Positions 38,235 to 47,083 of a stretch of DNA of 57,004 bases are shown piece after piece. Within the stretch, counting starts at the first letter, position 1, and every line of letters begins with the position of its first letter. The notes under the pieces were generated by a model. That model was not told the DNA's origin, searched no databases, and saw only the letters and a list, made by a program, of their open reading frames with translations. Where the stretch lies: contig JAZSHT010000002.1 in NCBI GenBank assembly GCA_045533435.1, forward strand, positions 1-57,004. Reading direction: 5' to 3'. This DNA is from Eubacteriales bacterium. Lineage in GTDB: Bacteria; Bacillota; Clostridia; Oscillospirales; CAG-272. The translations under genes were made by a program, and so were the position numbers.

Positions 38235-40043
38235 TCAATAGCAATGGTTTTCAACAAGACATTTCAACTCATCTTTTATCGATATTCTCTGTGTAAACAA
38301 ATACGTATATGCCTTACCTATTGCACCATAAAACAAATGACATTTGGGACATTTAGACTTATCTTTACCAAATGATAAAATATGTGAATTGGCTATATCT
38401 GTATATGGATCAATATAGTATATATGTTTAATACCTAATTGGTAAGCTTTTTTGGAACACAAAACACACGAGCTTGCCGAAGTAAATAAGTTTCCTCCTA
38501 ATATGCCTTCTCCACCATATTTTACTATTTGTAAAAATGCATTTTCTTCAGCGTGCAGAGAACGAGTGTGAACTTGATTTTTTTGTTTTGTCAGTTCACC
38601 GTACTCATCTTTAAAACAGTATGCACACAAACGACCATCTAAGCTTTTTTCCACATCTTCCTTTGCATCTGATATTTTTTTATATTTTTTCTTCATATGT
38701 TTACAAAAATCCAAGTCTTCTATTTCAAAAGTACTAAAGGTATCTTCATCTTTGTTTAAAAGATAATTGTTAACAGATCGCAAATTGCACGGAACTTGTC
38801 CCTCCGCAACACTATTCCAACCAATTGCTTTCACGCTATAATATTTATCTGTAATAACTGCACCCACCTGTCTTGACAAACACCCTGAATTTAATTTTGC
38901 ATTATATGCTATCTGCATACATCTTTCCACATTCGTGGGAGTTACTAATCCTGGATGCTTTATTAGCGTTACATATTTGACAACTTGTTCAGTTATAAAA
39001 TACTTTTCTGTATTTGCTTTTGGATTGTATAAATATATATCTGCCAATTGTGCACAAGCCTCAATATTTTGATTTGTGAACATTTCATGCTGCTCTTTGA
39101 CTTTTCCTGGATATTCTGTATCATCAATCGCTCTTATCTGTTGATTATCATAATTTTCTGCCAATCTTCTTTTTCTTTCTTCATTATCAGTGCTTACTGC
39201 GACAAGAAAAAATGAAGCGTATCTATCTTGAAAATATGTTGCTTCATAAGGATTCCTAATAGCATCCACACATATAAATGTGGGTTGGTTTTTTGTCTTT
39301 TGCACATATCTAATTGCTTTAATAAATCCGTTAGCCCTCTTGGCTATTTCAAACATATGTTTTCCTGTAAAATCTTTGCTTTCTGAAATATCTCCGTGAT
39401 GTCTTATTCTATTTCCTATAGTTTGCAAACAATATGTATACGCATTCACTTTACCACTTTTTTGTGCTAAATTAATAGAGATATTTTGCATCACCTCTCT
39501 AAATTTCATTTGAACACTTGACAATTTAAATAATAATTCGTACTCCATGTTCAATTTATTAAAATCGTATCTATCTAAATTGCCTTTTTCATCAATGCAA
39601 TCTATAATCTTTTGATTTAAGTAATCAAATTCTTCTTTAACAGATGTATTTTTTTCTAAAAGTTTCCGTTGTATTTTTTCAACCACCTCTTTATCAAAGA
39701 TTTTTTCCAACTCAGACATAAATTCATCATAAGTTTTTTGTGCTATAAATGAGAAAATAACATCCGTCATACTGATTCTAAAAAATGAATTCCAGTGTTT
39801 TTTAGCATAGTTATATATAATTTGATACTTTCTCTCTTCTGCATTTTGAAACCCTGTCGACTTAGGCTCATGCAAATTTAAATCTGCAAATTTTTCTTTT
39901 GATAATATGTTAGAAATCGTAGAACACCCTGAACCGGTTCTTCCGGTTAAACCTATGATTACAAATTGTTCTCTTTCTCCATAAATAGTCTTTATTGCTT
40001 GCTCGCATCCTAAAATTTCTTCAACTTGATTTGTCTCACTCAT
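38235..40043 (-). CDS. AvcD/DcdV-like defence protein: N-terminal P-loop kinase-like domain plus C-terminal dCMP/dCTP deaminase domain
   Basis: Walker-A-like GLTGRTGSGCST. Zinc deaminase motifs SLHAEENAF and SSCVLCSKKAY...IYYIDPY. Size and architecture match known dCTP-deaminase antiphage proteins. Confidence 0.7.
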   Translation of the reverse strand: MSETNQVEEILGCEQAIKTIYGEREQFVIIGLTGRTGSGCSTISNILSKEKFADLNLHEPKSTGFQNAEERKYQIIYNYAKKHWNSFFRISMTDVIFSFIAQKTYDEFMSELEKIFDKEVVEKIQRKLLEKNTSVKEEFDYLNQKIIDCIDEKGNLDRYDFNKLNMEYELLFKLSSVQMKFREVMQNISINLAQKSGKVNAYTYCLQTIGNRIRHHGDISESKDFTGKHMFEIAKRANGFIKAIRYVQKTKNQPTFICVDAIRNPYEATYFQDRYASFFLVAVSTDNEERKRRLAENYDNQQIRAIDDTEYPGKVKEQHEMFTNQNIEACAQLADIYLYNPKANTEKYFITEQVVKYVTLIKHPGLVTPTNVERCMQIAYNAKLNSGCLSRQVGAVITDKYYSVKAIGWNSVAEGQVPCNLRSVNNYLLNKDEDTFSTFEIEDLDFCKHMKKKYKKISDAKEDVEKSLDGRLCAYCFKDEYGELTKQKNQVHTRSLHAEENAFLQIVKYGGEGILGGNLFTSASSCVLCSKKAYQLGIKHIYYIDPYTDIANSHILSFGKDKSKCPKCHLFYGAIGKAYTYLFTQRISIKDELKCLVENHCY

Positions 40044-40152
40044 TTATAAGCTTCCTTTCATACAAATTAAAATATAAACTTTTTGAATAACATTTAGTTA
40101 ATAACATCGACGTTCTCCGTTTTAATTTTCACTCCTAAAAATATAATCTACT

Positions 40153-40335
40153 TTATCTTATTGATTGTAACGTTTTTCCGTAAACACATTTACTTAACTC
40201 ACCGACGTCAATATTTAATGCTTTAAATATTCGTTGCAGGGTTGACCACTTGGGGTTTGCGTCGCCAAACTCTATGTTTTCAAGCCCTGTAACACTTATA
40301 TCACATAGTTCTGTTAATTTAGCAAAGTAAAGCAT
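40153..40335 (-). pseudogene. 5'-truncated XRE HTH gene (copy 2 of 3)
   Basis: High nucleotide identity to 41892-42131 but lacks the first 20 or so codons. Confidence 0.6.
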
Positions 40336-40357
40336 TTTTTAAATTTATCTAAGTGAT

Positions 40358-41476
40358 CTATTTTGTTGTTATAAATTCTTTTGGATAGTGGCATAGATTC
40401 TCATTATTCCATAATTTTTCAAAATAGCGGGTAAACAAATTAAATCCTTTACCTCCTTTGGTGAATTTAATGGTTATTGTTTGTTGGCTCACAATATCGT
40501 ACATATATGGACCGATATATAGGTCATCATCCATTCTCCAATAAAAATCCAATGTCATAGCATTATAATATTTAATCTCTATTTTGCCTTTTTCAGATTG
40601 ACTATTTAATTTATTAACCCATGCTACAAGTTTTATAATGGAATCACTTATACTATCAGGATGAACATTTTCTTCAATAGCTCGTTGCTTAGCAAATTCA
40701 CTATTTGGATTCATAACAAGTAGCCTCATTTTCATTCCGTTTTGTAAACATTGTAAAACATCATTTTCACGAGAACTTCTAAAAGAACTAAGTCCAAAGG
40801 CGATCCCGTCGATTTTTTTTACATTATGTTCTTCTAATCTTGGATCTGATTCAGCATTTTTTTCCGCTCTGGTTTTAAATATTTTTTCTATTCCCCAAGA
40901 ATTAAATCCGTCGATTTTCCTTATAAAATTAGAATCTATACCAGAACAATTTAATTCAGTTCCTTTAATCCATCCAGCATAAGGCGTATTATTTATTAAT
41001 TCTTGAATAGAGGTTTTAATTTTTGATATCAACCCTCCAATATCTGTCCAAAAAGCAACTTGCATATTGCTATCTAAAATTCTTCGTTTGAATTGTTCAA
41101 GCCTTTTTCGACCTTTCTGTGTTTTTTCTACCTTTTCAACAGGTAAAAGATTATAATCTTTATACATAAAAACAACTATTGGTTTTTTTATACTCAATGC
41201 AAAATTATATTCCTTTTCAGTAAATGAAATTTTCTTATCATTGGTACTACTCTCATTAGTTAAAGAGCCGTACCTTCCAGCTATGACAAGCAAATAGAAA
41301 TCACTTTCTATAATATCTTGTTGAATTATCTCCCATGATTTTTTGTTTGCAGCAGGAAACAACTCCATTCCAGCAGGAATGCACTTACTTTCAAGTAAAG
41401 CTTGCATTATAGCTTGTCTCTCGGTCTCAAGATCCTTTTGAGTTGAACTTACAAAAACTTGATACTTTTTATTCAT
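40358..41476 (-). CDS. DUF4062 (TIR/SLOG-like) N-terminal domain fused to a PLD-fold-like C-terminal domain without an HKD motif
   Basis: N-terminal YQVFVSSTQKDLETERQAIMQALLESKCIPAGMELFPA...DFYLLVIAGRYGS fits the DUF4062 pattern. C-terminal MRLLVMNPNS...IEIKYYNAMTLDFYWRMDDDLYIGPY...LFTRYFEKLW is DUF5919/PLD-like. No HxKxxxxD. Confidence 0.5.
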   Translation of the reverse strand: MNKKYQVFVSSTQKDLETERQAIMQALLESKCIPAGMELFPAANKKSWEIIQQDIIESDFYLLVIAGRYGSLTNESSTNDKKISFTEKEYNFALSIKKPIVVFMYKDYNLLPVEKVEKTQKGRKRLEQFKRRILDSNMQVAFWTDIGGLISKIKTSIQELINNTPYAGWIKGTELNCSGIDSNFIRKIDGFNSWGIEKIFKTRAEKNAESDPRLEEHNVKKIDGIAFGLSSFRSSRENDVLQCLQNGMKMRLLVMNPNSEFAKQRAIEENVHPDSISDSIIKLVAWVNKLNSQSEKGKIEIKYYNAMTLDFYWRMDDDLYIGPYMYDIVSQQTITIKFTKGGKGFNLFTRYFEKLWNNENLCHYPKEFITTK

Positions 41477-41692
41477 ATATTATTCTCCTTTCAAATTAGG
41501 AACTAAATTACTTGTGGTTTTTCTAAGATATTTGTTTTTCCAACATACAATTACCAACAAATTTCGACATTATATTTGAAAATTTGTTGGAGCATAATAG
41601 AATAAAACTACAATATATGCTTTATTAATGGTAAATTTAAATTAAATTTGTGTCATAGTTTCAAAGAACACAAAACTTTATTTACCGTTTTG

Positions 41693-41851
41693 TTATCCTG
41701 TGATAACTTTAATTATTTTATATTCGTTATTAGTATCAATTTGATTAAACTTTTCTATCGCTTCAAAATAGTTATCTGCTTCTATCACAACTTCATACAA
41801 ACAAGAATATCTTGCTTTTTTAGATTGATATACTACAGTATATGTATTCAT
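41693..41851 (-). CDS. Hypothetical small protein (52 aa) downstream of XRE copy 3
   Basis: ATG at 41851 with RBS aaggagag. MNTYTVVYQSKKARYSCLYEVVIEADNYFEAIEKFNQIDTNNEYKIIKVITG. Not in the supplied track. Confidence 0.4.
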   Translation of the reverse strand: MNTYTVVYQSKKARYSCLYEVVIEADNYFEAIEKFNQIDTNNEYKIIKVITG

Positions 41852-41891
41852 TCCATTCTCTCCTTAAGTTTTATAATCTTAATATTTTTCA

Positions 41892-42131
41892 CTACGTTTT
41901 AACTGATGTAAATGTTTTTCCGTAAACACATTTGCTTAGCTCGCCGACATCAACATTTAATGCTTTAAATATTCGTTGCAGGGTTGTCCACTTAGGGTTT
42001 GCGTCGCCGAGCTCTATGTTTTCAAGTCCTGTAACGCTTATGTCGCTTAATTCTGCTAATTTAGCGACAGTAAGGTGTTTTCTTTCTCTTTTATCTCGTA
42101 TAAATCTGCCAACATCATAATAAATTGTCAT
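41892..42131 (-). CDS. XRE-family HTH regulator (copy 3 of 3)
   Basis: 79 aa. Near-identical HTH to copies 1 and 2, and the 5' leader is also similar to that of copy 1. Confidence 0.8.
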   Translation of the reverse strand: MTIYYDVGRFIRDKRERKHLTVAKLAELSDISVTGLENIELGDANPKWTTLQRIFKALNVDVGELSKCVYGKTFTSVKT

Positions 42132-42398
42132 TTCAGCACCTCTAATATAAATGATTTTAGAGGTATTGAATTTGATTAAATTGCTCGCCTATGTTAACAT
42201 ACTTGTGATTGGTTTATTAGTATTTATACAATGATATTAATAGTTTAGTTTTATGTGGTTTGAAGAGAGATAGCGGAAATCCGCTATCCCTCTCCTTGAA
42301 TGAGTTGCAAAAAATTCAAGTTACTTTAAAATCATTTATTTTTTAATTAATAATTTTTGATTTATCTACTATATGCAAGGAAAATCATATAACTTGTT

Positions 42399-42821
42399 TT
42401 AATATTTCTTTTCAAATTCACTGACAAGAACATCTGCTTCGCCACCTGTCCCGTAAACGGTATAAGTAACAGTTGCTCTGTATGTGCCACTTTTGGTTAG
42501 TTGAATAGAGTGTTCACCATCACAAAAATCTAAAGTTGATTCATCAGTCCAGAATGCACCATCTACATCATTCCACCACCATAAAAATTTCTTTTCTATC
42601 TTTGTTTCTACAACAATTTTTGTTGTAATTTCTGGATATCCATAGCATGTATATGATACAGTAGCCATGCCGCTTTCTTCAATTACAAATATGGCTTCTG
42701 TTGTGTCAGTGTTATTTAATAGTGGCATTATTTCATTTTCTATAGCAAATGAAGGCACTACCATAGCAAACAACATTACAACAAGCATAGCAAAAGAAAT
42801 TAATTTCTTAGAATTTTTCAT
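42399..42821 (-). CDS. Secreted hypothetical protein (140 aa)
   Basis: N-terminal signal peptide MKNSKKLISFAMLVVMLFAMVVPSFA. Confidence 0.5.
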   Translation of the reverse strand: MKNSKKLISFAMLVVMLFAMVVPSFAIENEIMPLLNNTDTTEAIFVIEESGMATVSYTCYGYPEITTKIVVETKIEKKFLWWWNDVDGAFWTDESTLDFCDGEHSIQLTKSGTYRATVTYTVYGTGGEADVLVSEFEKKY

Positions 42822-42931
42822 ATTTTCACCTCCTTTCTTAATTAGCCTCTATATATAAAGACTAACTAAAACGACTTTTCCCTGCAAATTTATTGAAATT
42901 TTTTTGTTTTTATGAAAATTTATGTAAAATA

Positions 42932-42960
42932 TTGACGATTTTACAGATTTATGCTATAAT
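42932..42960 (+). promoter_or_regulatory. Sigma-A promoter: TTGACG, 17-bp spacer, TGc-TATAAT
   Basis: Read directly upstream of the sigma factor gene. Confidence 0.65.
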
Positions 42961-42990
42961 TTGCGAAATAAAATCTTTATAAGGTGAATT

Positions 42991-43530
42991 ATGTTACTTT
43001 TTTATTTATCAATGATAGATAATGAAGATGATAGGAATTGGTTAAGCAAGGTTTATAAGGACTATAAACCTTGGATGTTAAAAACGGCCTATAACTACAT
43101 CAAACACACCGAGGATTCAAAGGATGTTGTACACGAAATATTTTTAAGAATGTCACGTAATATCAAAAGTGTTCCTCGTAATCCTATTACACTAAAAGTC
43201 TATCTTGAAACTGCCATTAGAAATATTTGTTACACAATAACAACCAGAAGAAATAAACATCCAATTTTCTCTATTGAAGAACAATTTTATATGATGTCAG
43301 ATGAAGATTTAGAGGAAAATACTATAAATAAGATTTTAAGCGAACAGGTTTTAGATTACATTGAGCAAATGCCGGTAATTTATTGCTCTGTTTTAACTCT
43401 ATACCTTGTTTGTAAAAATAAAGTATCGGACATATCAAACATATTAGACATTCCATATAAAACAGTTGAGTCAAGACTATACAGAGGTAAACAACTACTT
43501 AATGAAAGATTTGAGGATTTGAATTTATGA
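42991..43530 (+). CDS. ECF-type sigma-70 family sigma factor
   Basis: Region 2-like (DSKDVVHEIFLRM) and region 4 HTH (ISNILDIPYKTVESRLYRGKQLL). Confidence 0.7.
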   Translation: MLLFYLSMIDNEDDRNWLSKVYKDYKPWMLKTAYNYIKHTEDSKDVVHEIFLRMSRNIKSVPRNPITLKVYLETAIRNICYTITTRRNKHPIFSIEEQFYMMSDEDLEENTINKILSEQVLDYIEQMPVIYCSVLTLYLVCKNKVSDISNILDIPYKTVESRLYRGKQLLNERFEDLNL

Positions 43531-44210
43531 TAAACAATAGCACGGGTATTGTAGAAAATGCTTTACTTGAAGCATCTCTTAGAAGAATTCGACTAATTGA
43601 AGCTATGGACTATCCCGACATAACTACGGACGAAAGCTATGATAATAAAATATTTGATTTAATCTATGGGAAAACAAAAGAAAAAAAGCGTTTACCAAAA
43701 AGAATCACTCTTATTCTTGTGGCTACGCTTACTATTTGTTTTTTAATTATGTTTACAGTTTCCGCTCAGGTAAGATCAGCTGTTGTTGACTTTTTTGTTG
43801 AGGTATACGAAACATTTGCTTCTTTCTTTATTGAAAAAAGTGATATCAATGAAAATCCAACTACTATAGAAATAAAATATGAAACTTCATATTTTAAGGA
43901 AAACAGTTATGAGAAAACAAATCAAATAGAATCTAAATTTAAAATAGTTGAAAACTGGTCTAAAAACAACTCCACTATATACTTTTCTCAATACATTATT
44001 GAAACAAATGGTATTTTCTTAGATACAGAGGACGCTTCATATGAGGTTAGATATATAGGAGAACAAAAGATTTATTACAAAATAAAAAATAACATTTATA
44101 CAATAAAATGGGTAGCATATGGATATTCTTTCAATCTCCGTTGTGATGAGGCGCTTGGTTGGGAAGAGATAGAAAAGATTATAACAAGTTTAGAGCCTGT
44201 TACTGAATAA
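43527..44210 (+). CDS. Putative anti-sigma factor (single TM, DUF4367-like extracytoplasmic domain)
   Basis: ATGA overlap with the sigma gene. TM segment ITLILVATLTICFLIMFTV. Confidence 0.5.
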   Translation: MINNSTGIVENALLEASLRRIRLIEAMDYPDITTDESYDNKIFDLIYGKTKEKKRLPKRITLILVATLTICFLIMFTVSAQVRSAVVDFFVEVYETFASFFIEKSDINENPTTIEIKYETSYFKENSYEKTNQIESKFKIVENWSKNNSTIYFSQYIIETNGIFLDTEDASYEVRYIGEQKIYYKIKNNIYTIKWVAYGYSFNLRCDEALGWEEIEKIITSLEPVTE

Positions 44211-44501
44211 TTACATGTTTTTTAGGAACTCACTGATAATTTTATCGGTGAGTTCCATTGTTTTTTCGTTAGATGTTTCCAAGTCGGATAAAACAGCCAT
44301 ACATTTTTCTATTTCTTCATTTGAAGCGTTAGAATGTTTAAAGGTATAGTCTTTATAAAATTGAATGAGTATTTGTTTTGCTTTTAAATATACTTTCTCA
44401 TGCAGTTTAGACTGCTTATAACGATCATCTTTTATTAGTGATTTATAAATTTCCCAAGCTTCTCTTTTCTTTTTTACTCGTTTATCATAATTTTCAAGCA
44501 T
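44211..44501 (-). CDS. Hypothetical helical protein (96 aa)
   Basis: ORF with RBS aaggag. No family recognised. Confidence 0.4.
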   Translation of the reverse strand: MLENYDKRVKKKREAWEIYKSLIKDDRYKQSKLHEKVYLKAKQILIQFYKDYTFKHSNASNEEIEKCMAVLSDLETSNEKTMELTDKIISEFLKNM

Positions 44502-44714
44502 AATTTACTCCTTATGGTTTACCATCGCCATCATAACGAAATAAATGATGGAAATGCTCGTTTTCTTTGTATTGATGATATGAGCTTTGATGAAAACGGA
44601 GATATAGAAAAAATCAAAATGACAAAGCAATGGAAAATTGATTTTTAATATAAAAGGGACTGTTAAGCAGCCCCTTTTAATATTGTAAAATCAAATAATT
44701 ATAACAAAAATAAA

Positions 44715-44743
44715 TTGAAATATATAAAAAAGTGTGCTACAAT
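44715..44743 (+). promoter_or_regulatory. Sigma-A promoter: TTGAAA, 17-bp spacer, TGc-TACAAT
   Basis: Read directly. Shares the spacer string aaaaaagtgtg with the tRNA-Ser promoter. Confidence 0.6.
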
Positions 44744-44782
44744 GTAATAGATAGACAATTTTATAATTTTTAGGAGTATAAT

Positions 44783-45523
44783 TTGGGAAAAATTAAGATT
44801 TTATCATCAAATCAGCTTAAAATTTTAGCTTGTATTACAATGCTAATTGATCATATTGGATATTTTATATTTCCTCAAATTACCATATTACGATTGATAG
44901 GCAGACTCACCTTTCCTATATTTGCATTTTTAATATCTGAGGGTGCAAAATATACCAAAAACAAGGTAAGGTATCTTTTAACTGTGGGTGCTTTAGGTAT
45001 TGTGTGGCAAGCTTATTTAATAATATTTAGGTCAGATTATCATTTTAATGTACTAATTACATTTTCAATTTCAATAATTATAATCTATACAATGGATTAT
45101 TTTAAAAAATGCTTTTTTGACAAGCAATGCAAAATTTATATAAAGATACTGACATTTATACTGTTTGTTTTTGTGGCAATATCACCATATTTAATAGCTA
45201 AGGTATTTAGCTGGTTTCATTACGAATACGGCTTTTATGGTGCTATGTGTGCAGTTTTTGCAAGTGCTCCTGTGCTAAATAAAACAGATGCACCAGACTA
45301 TTTAAAATGGTTTGATAAAATTCCTATAAGAGTATTATGTATGGCTATTCCTCTGTTTATGTATAGCAGAAACAATAAAATAAGCATGATATTCTATTTT
45401 GTAGGCTTATTACTTATGCTTTTATACTCTGAAAAAAGAGGAAAAGCAAATTTAAAATACTTTTTCTACATTTTCTATCCTGCACATCTTTTAATTTTAC
45501 ATTTAATAGATTATTTAATTTAA
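44783..45523 (+). CDS. TraX-family membrane protein
   Basis: LKILACITMLIDHIGYFIF...GRLTFPIFAFLISEGAKYTKN is typical of the TraX family. TTG start. Confidence 0.7.
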   Translation: MGKIKILSSNQLKILACITMLIDHIGYFIFPQITILRLIGRLTFPIFAFLISEGAKYTKNKVRYLLTVGALGIVWQAYLIIFRSDYHFNVLITFSISIIIIYTMDYFKKCFFDKQCKIYIKILTFILFVFVAISPYLIAKVFSWFHYEYGFYGAMCAVFASAPVLNKTDAPDYLKWFDKIPIRVLCMAIPLFMYSRNNKISMIFYFVGLLLMLLYSEKRGKANLKYFFYIFYPAHLLILHLIDYLI

Positions 45524-45533
45524 GGAGATACAT

Positions 45534-47072
45534 ATGAAGAAAATACTTGGCGTAGAGTTTGGCTCTACAAGAATCAAGGCGGTTTTAATTGATGAAAATG
45601 CAACTGTTTTAGCGCAAGGCTCACATGAGTGGGAAAATCAGTTAAAGGATGGTCTTTGGACCTATGCACTTAGCGATGTATGGGCAGGACTTCAAGATGC
45701 TTATGCTTCTCTACTTACAAATTATGGCGAAAAAATTGAAAAGCTTGATGGCATCGGTATTTCCGCTATGATGCATGGCTATTTAGCATTTGATAAGGAT
45801 GATAATTTACTTGTTCCATTTAGAACATGGAGAAATACAAACACAGCTAAGGCTGCTGATGAATTAACAGAGGCTCTTGAATTTAATATGCCACAAAGAT
45901 GGAGTGGCTCACACTTCTACCAAGCAGTTTTAAATGGCGAGGAGCATGTATCTAAGGTAACATTTTTAACAACTCTTGCCGGTTATGTTCATTGGAAGCT
46001 AACAGGCAAAAAGGTAATCGGTATTGGCGATGGTGCAGGCATGCTTCCTATTAAGGATAATGATTACGATAAGGAAAAGCTTGCAAAATATAACGAATTA
46101 TTGACACACCACGGCTTAAATATTGATGTTTACGACCTTCTTCCAAAAATTTTACTTGCAGGCGAGGACGCAGGCACACTTACAGATGAGGGCGCAAAGC
46201 TCCTTGATGTAAGCGGTAATTTAAAGGCTGGTGCGCTATTTTGCCCACCTGAGGGAGATGCTGGCACAGGTATGGTTGCCACAAATGCTGTAAGAGAAAG
46301 AACAGGTAATGTTTCAGCAGGTACATCTGCATTTGCAATGGTTGTTCTTGAAAAGAATTTATCAAAGGTAAATCAATCAATAGATATAGTTGCAACACCA
46401 TCAGGACATCCTGTTGCAATGGTGCATGCAAATAACTTTACATCTGAAATAAATGCTTGGACAAATCTTTTCTACGAGGCTATTAAGCTTGTTGGAGCTG
46501 ATGTGAATAAGGGCAAGCTATTTGATATGCTCTATAATGCTTCACTTGAAAGTGATAGCGATGTTGGCGGTCTTATGGGCTATAACTTCCTATCTGGCGA
46601 GCCAATCGTTGATATGGAAACCGGTATTCCTATGGTAATAAGAAGGCCTGATGGAAAAATGACACTTGCAAACTTTATGCAAATGCAAATTTATTCCGCA
46701 CTTGGTGCAATGGCTGTGGGTATGGAAATACTTCAGGATGAAAATGTTCAAATTGATGATATTTGCGGACATGGTGGCTTCTTTAAGACTGAATTTGTTG
46801 GTGCAAATGCAATGAGCGCAGCTCTTAATGCTCCTATTACTGTTATGAAAAATGCAGGCGAGGGCGGAGCTTGGGGTGTTGCCGTTTTAGCTCTTTATAC
46901 AGTTAAAAAAATTGACACTCTTGAGGACTTTTTAGATAAATTGTTTGCAAAAGCAGAAAAAACAACAGTTATTGCAAGTAAGGAAGAAAAAGCAAAATTT
47001 GCTTCATTCTTAAAGGATTATAAAGCAGGCTTAAAGGTAGAAAAGCTATCTACTGATATTTTCAATAACTAG
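45534..47072 (+). CDS. FGGY-family carbohydrate kinase
   Basis: 512 aa with an N-terminal actin-like ATPase motif ILGVEFGSTRIKAVL. The sugar substrate was not determined. Confidence 0.7.
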   Translation: MKKILGVEFGSTRIKAVLIDENATVLAQGSHEWENQLKDGLWTYALSDVWAGLQDAYASLLTNYGEKIEKLDGIGISAMMHGYLAFDKDDNLLVPFRTWRNTNTAKAADELTEALEFNMPQRWSGSHFYQAVLNGEEHVSKVTFLTTLAGYVHWKLTGKKVIGIGDGAGMLPIKDNDYDKEKLAKYNELLTHHGLNIDVYDLLPKILLAGEDAGTLTDEGAKLLDVSGNLKAGALFCPPEGDAGTGMVATNAVRERTGNVSAGTSAFAMVVLEKNLSKVNQSIDIVATPSGHPVAMVHANNFTSEINAWTNLFYEAIKLVGADVNKGKLFDMLYNASLESDSDVGGLMGYNFLSGEPIVDMETGIPMVIRRPDGKMTLANFMQMQIYSALGAMAVGMEILQDENVQIDDICGHGGFFKTEFVGANAMSAALNAPITVMKNAGEGGAWGVAVLALYTVKKIDTLEDFLDKLFAKAEKTTVIASKEEKAKFASFLKDYKAGLKVEKLSTDIFNN

Positions 47073-47083
47073 GAGCAAGAAAA

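Larger units (their letters stand above)
21865..44780. mobile_element. tRNA-Ser-adjacent genomic island (mosaic, no integrase or recombinase seen)
   Basis: Starts directly 3' of the tRNA. Contains ArdA, PcfK/PcfJ-like, RHS toxin, holin remnant and defence genes. Both host repeat families are absent from this interval. The right border is only approximate. Confidence 0.55.

Noticed and set aside
41648-41902. 84-aa plus-strand ORF in the supplied track.
   Set aside because: It is antisense to a better-supported 52-aa minus-strand ORF with an RBS (41693-41851). Its sequence is hydrophobic and low-complexity, and it has no RBS.
44514-44648. 44-aa ORF (MVYHRHHNEINDGNARFLCIDDMSFDENGDIEKIKMTKQWKIDF) as a possible 3' remnant of a glycoside hydrolase marking the island border.
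   Set aside because: The resemblance to GH C-termini is vague and cannot be verified by eye. It is not reported as a feature.
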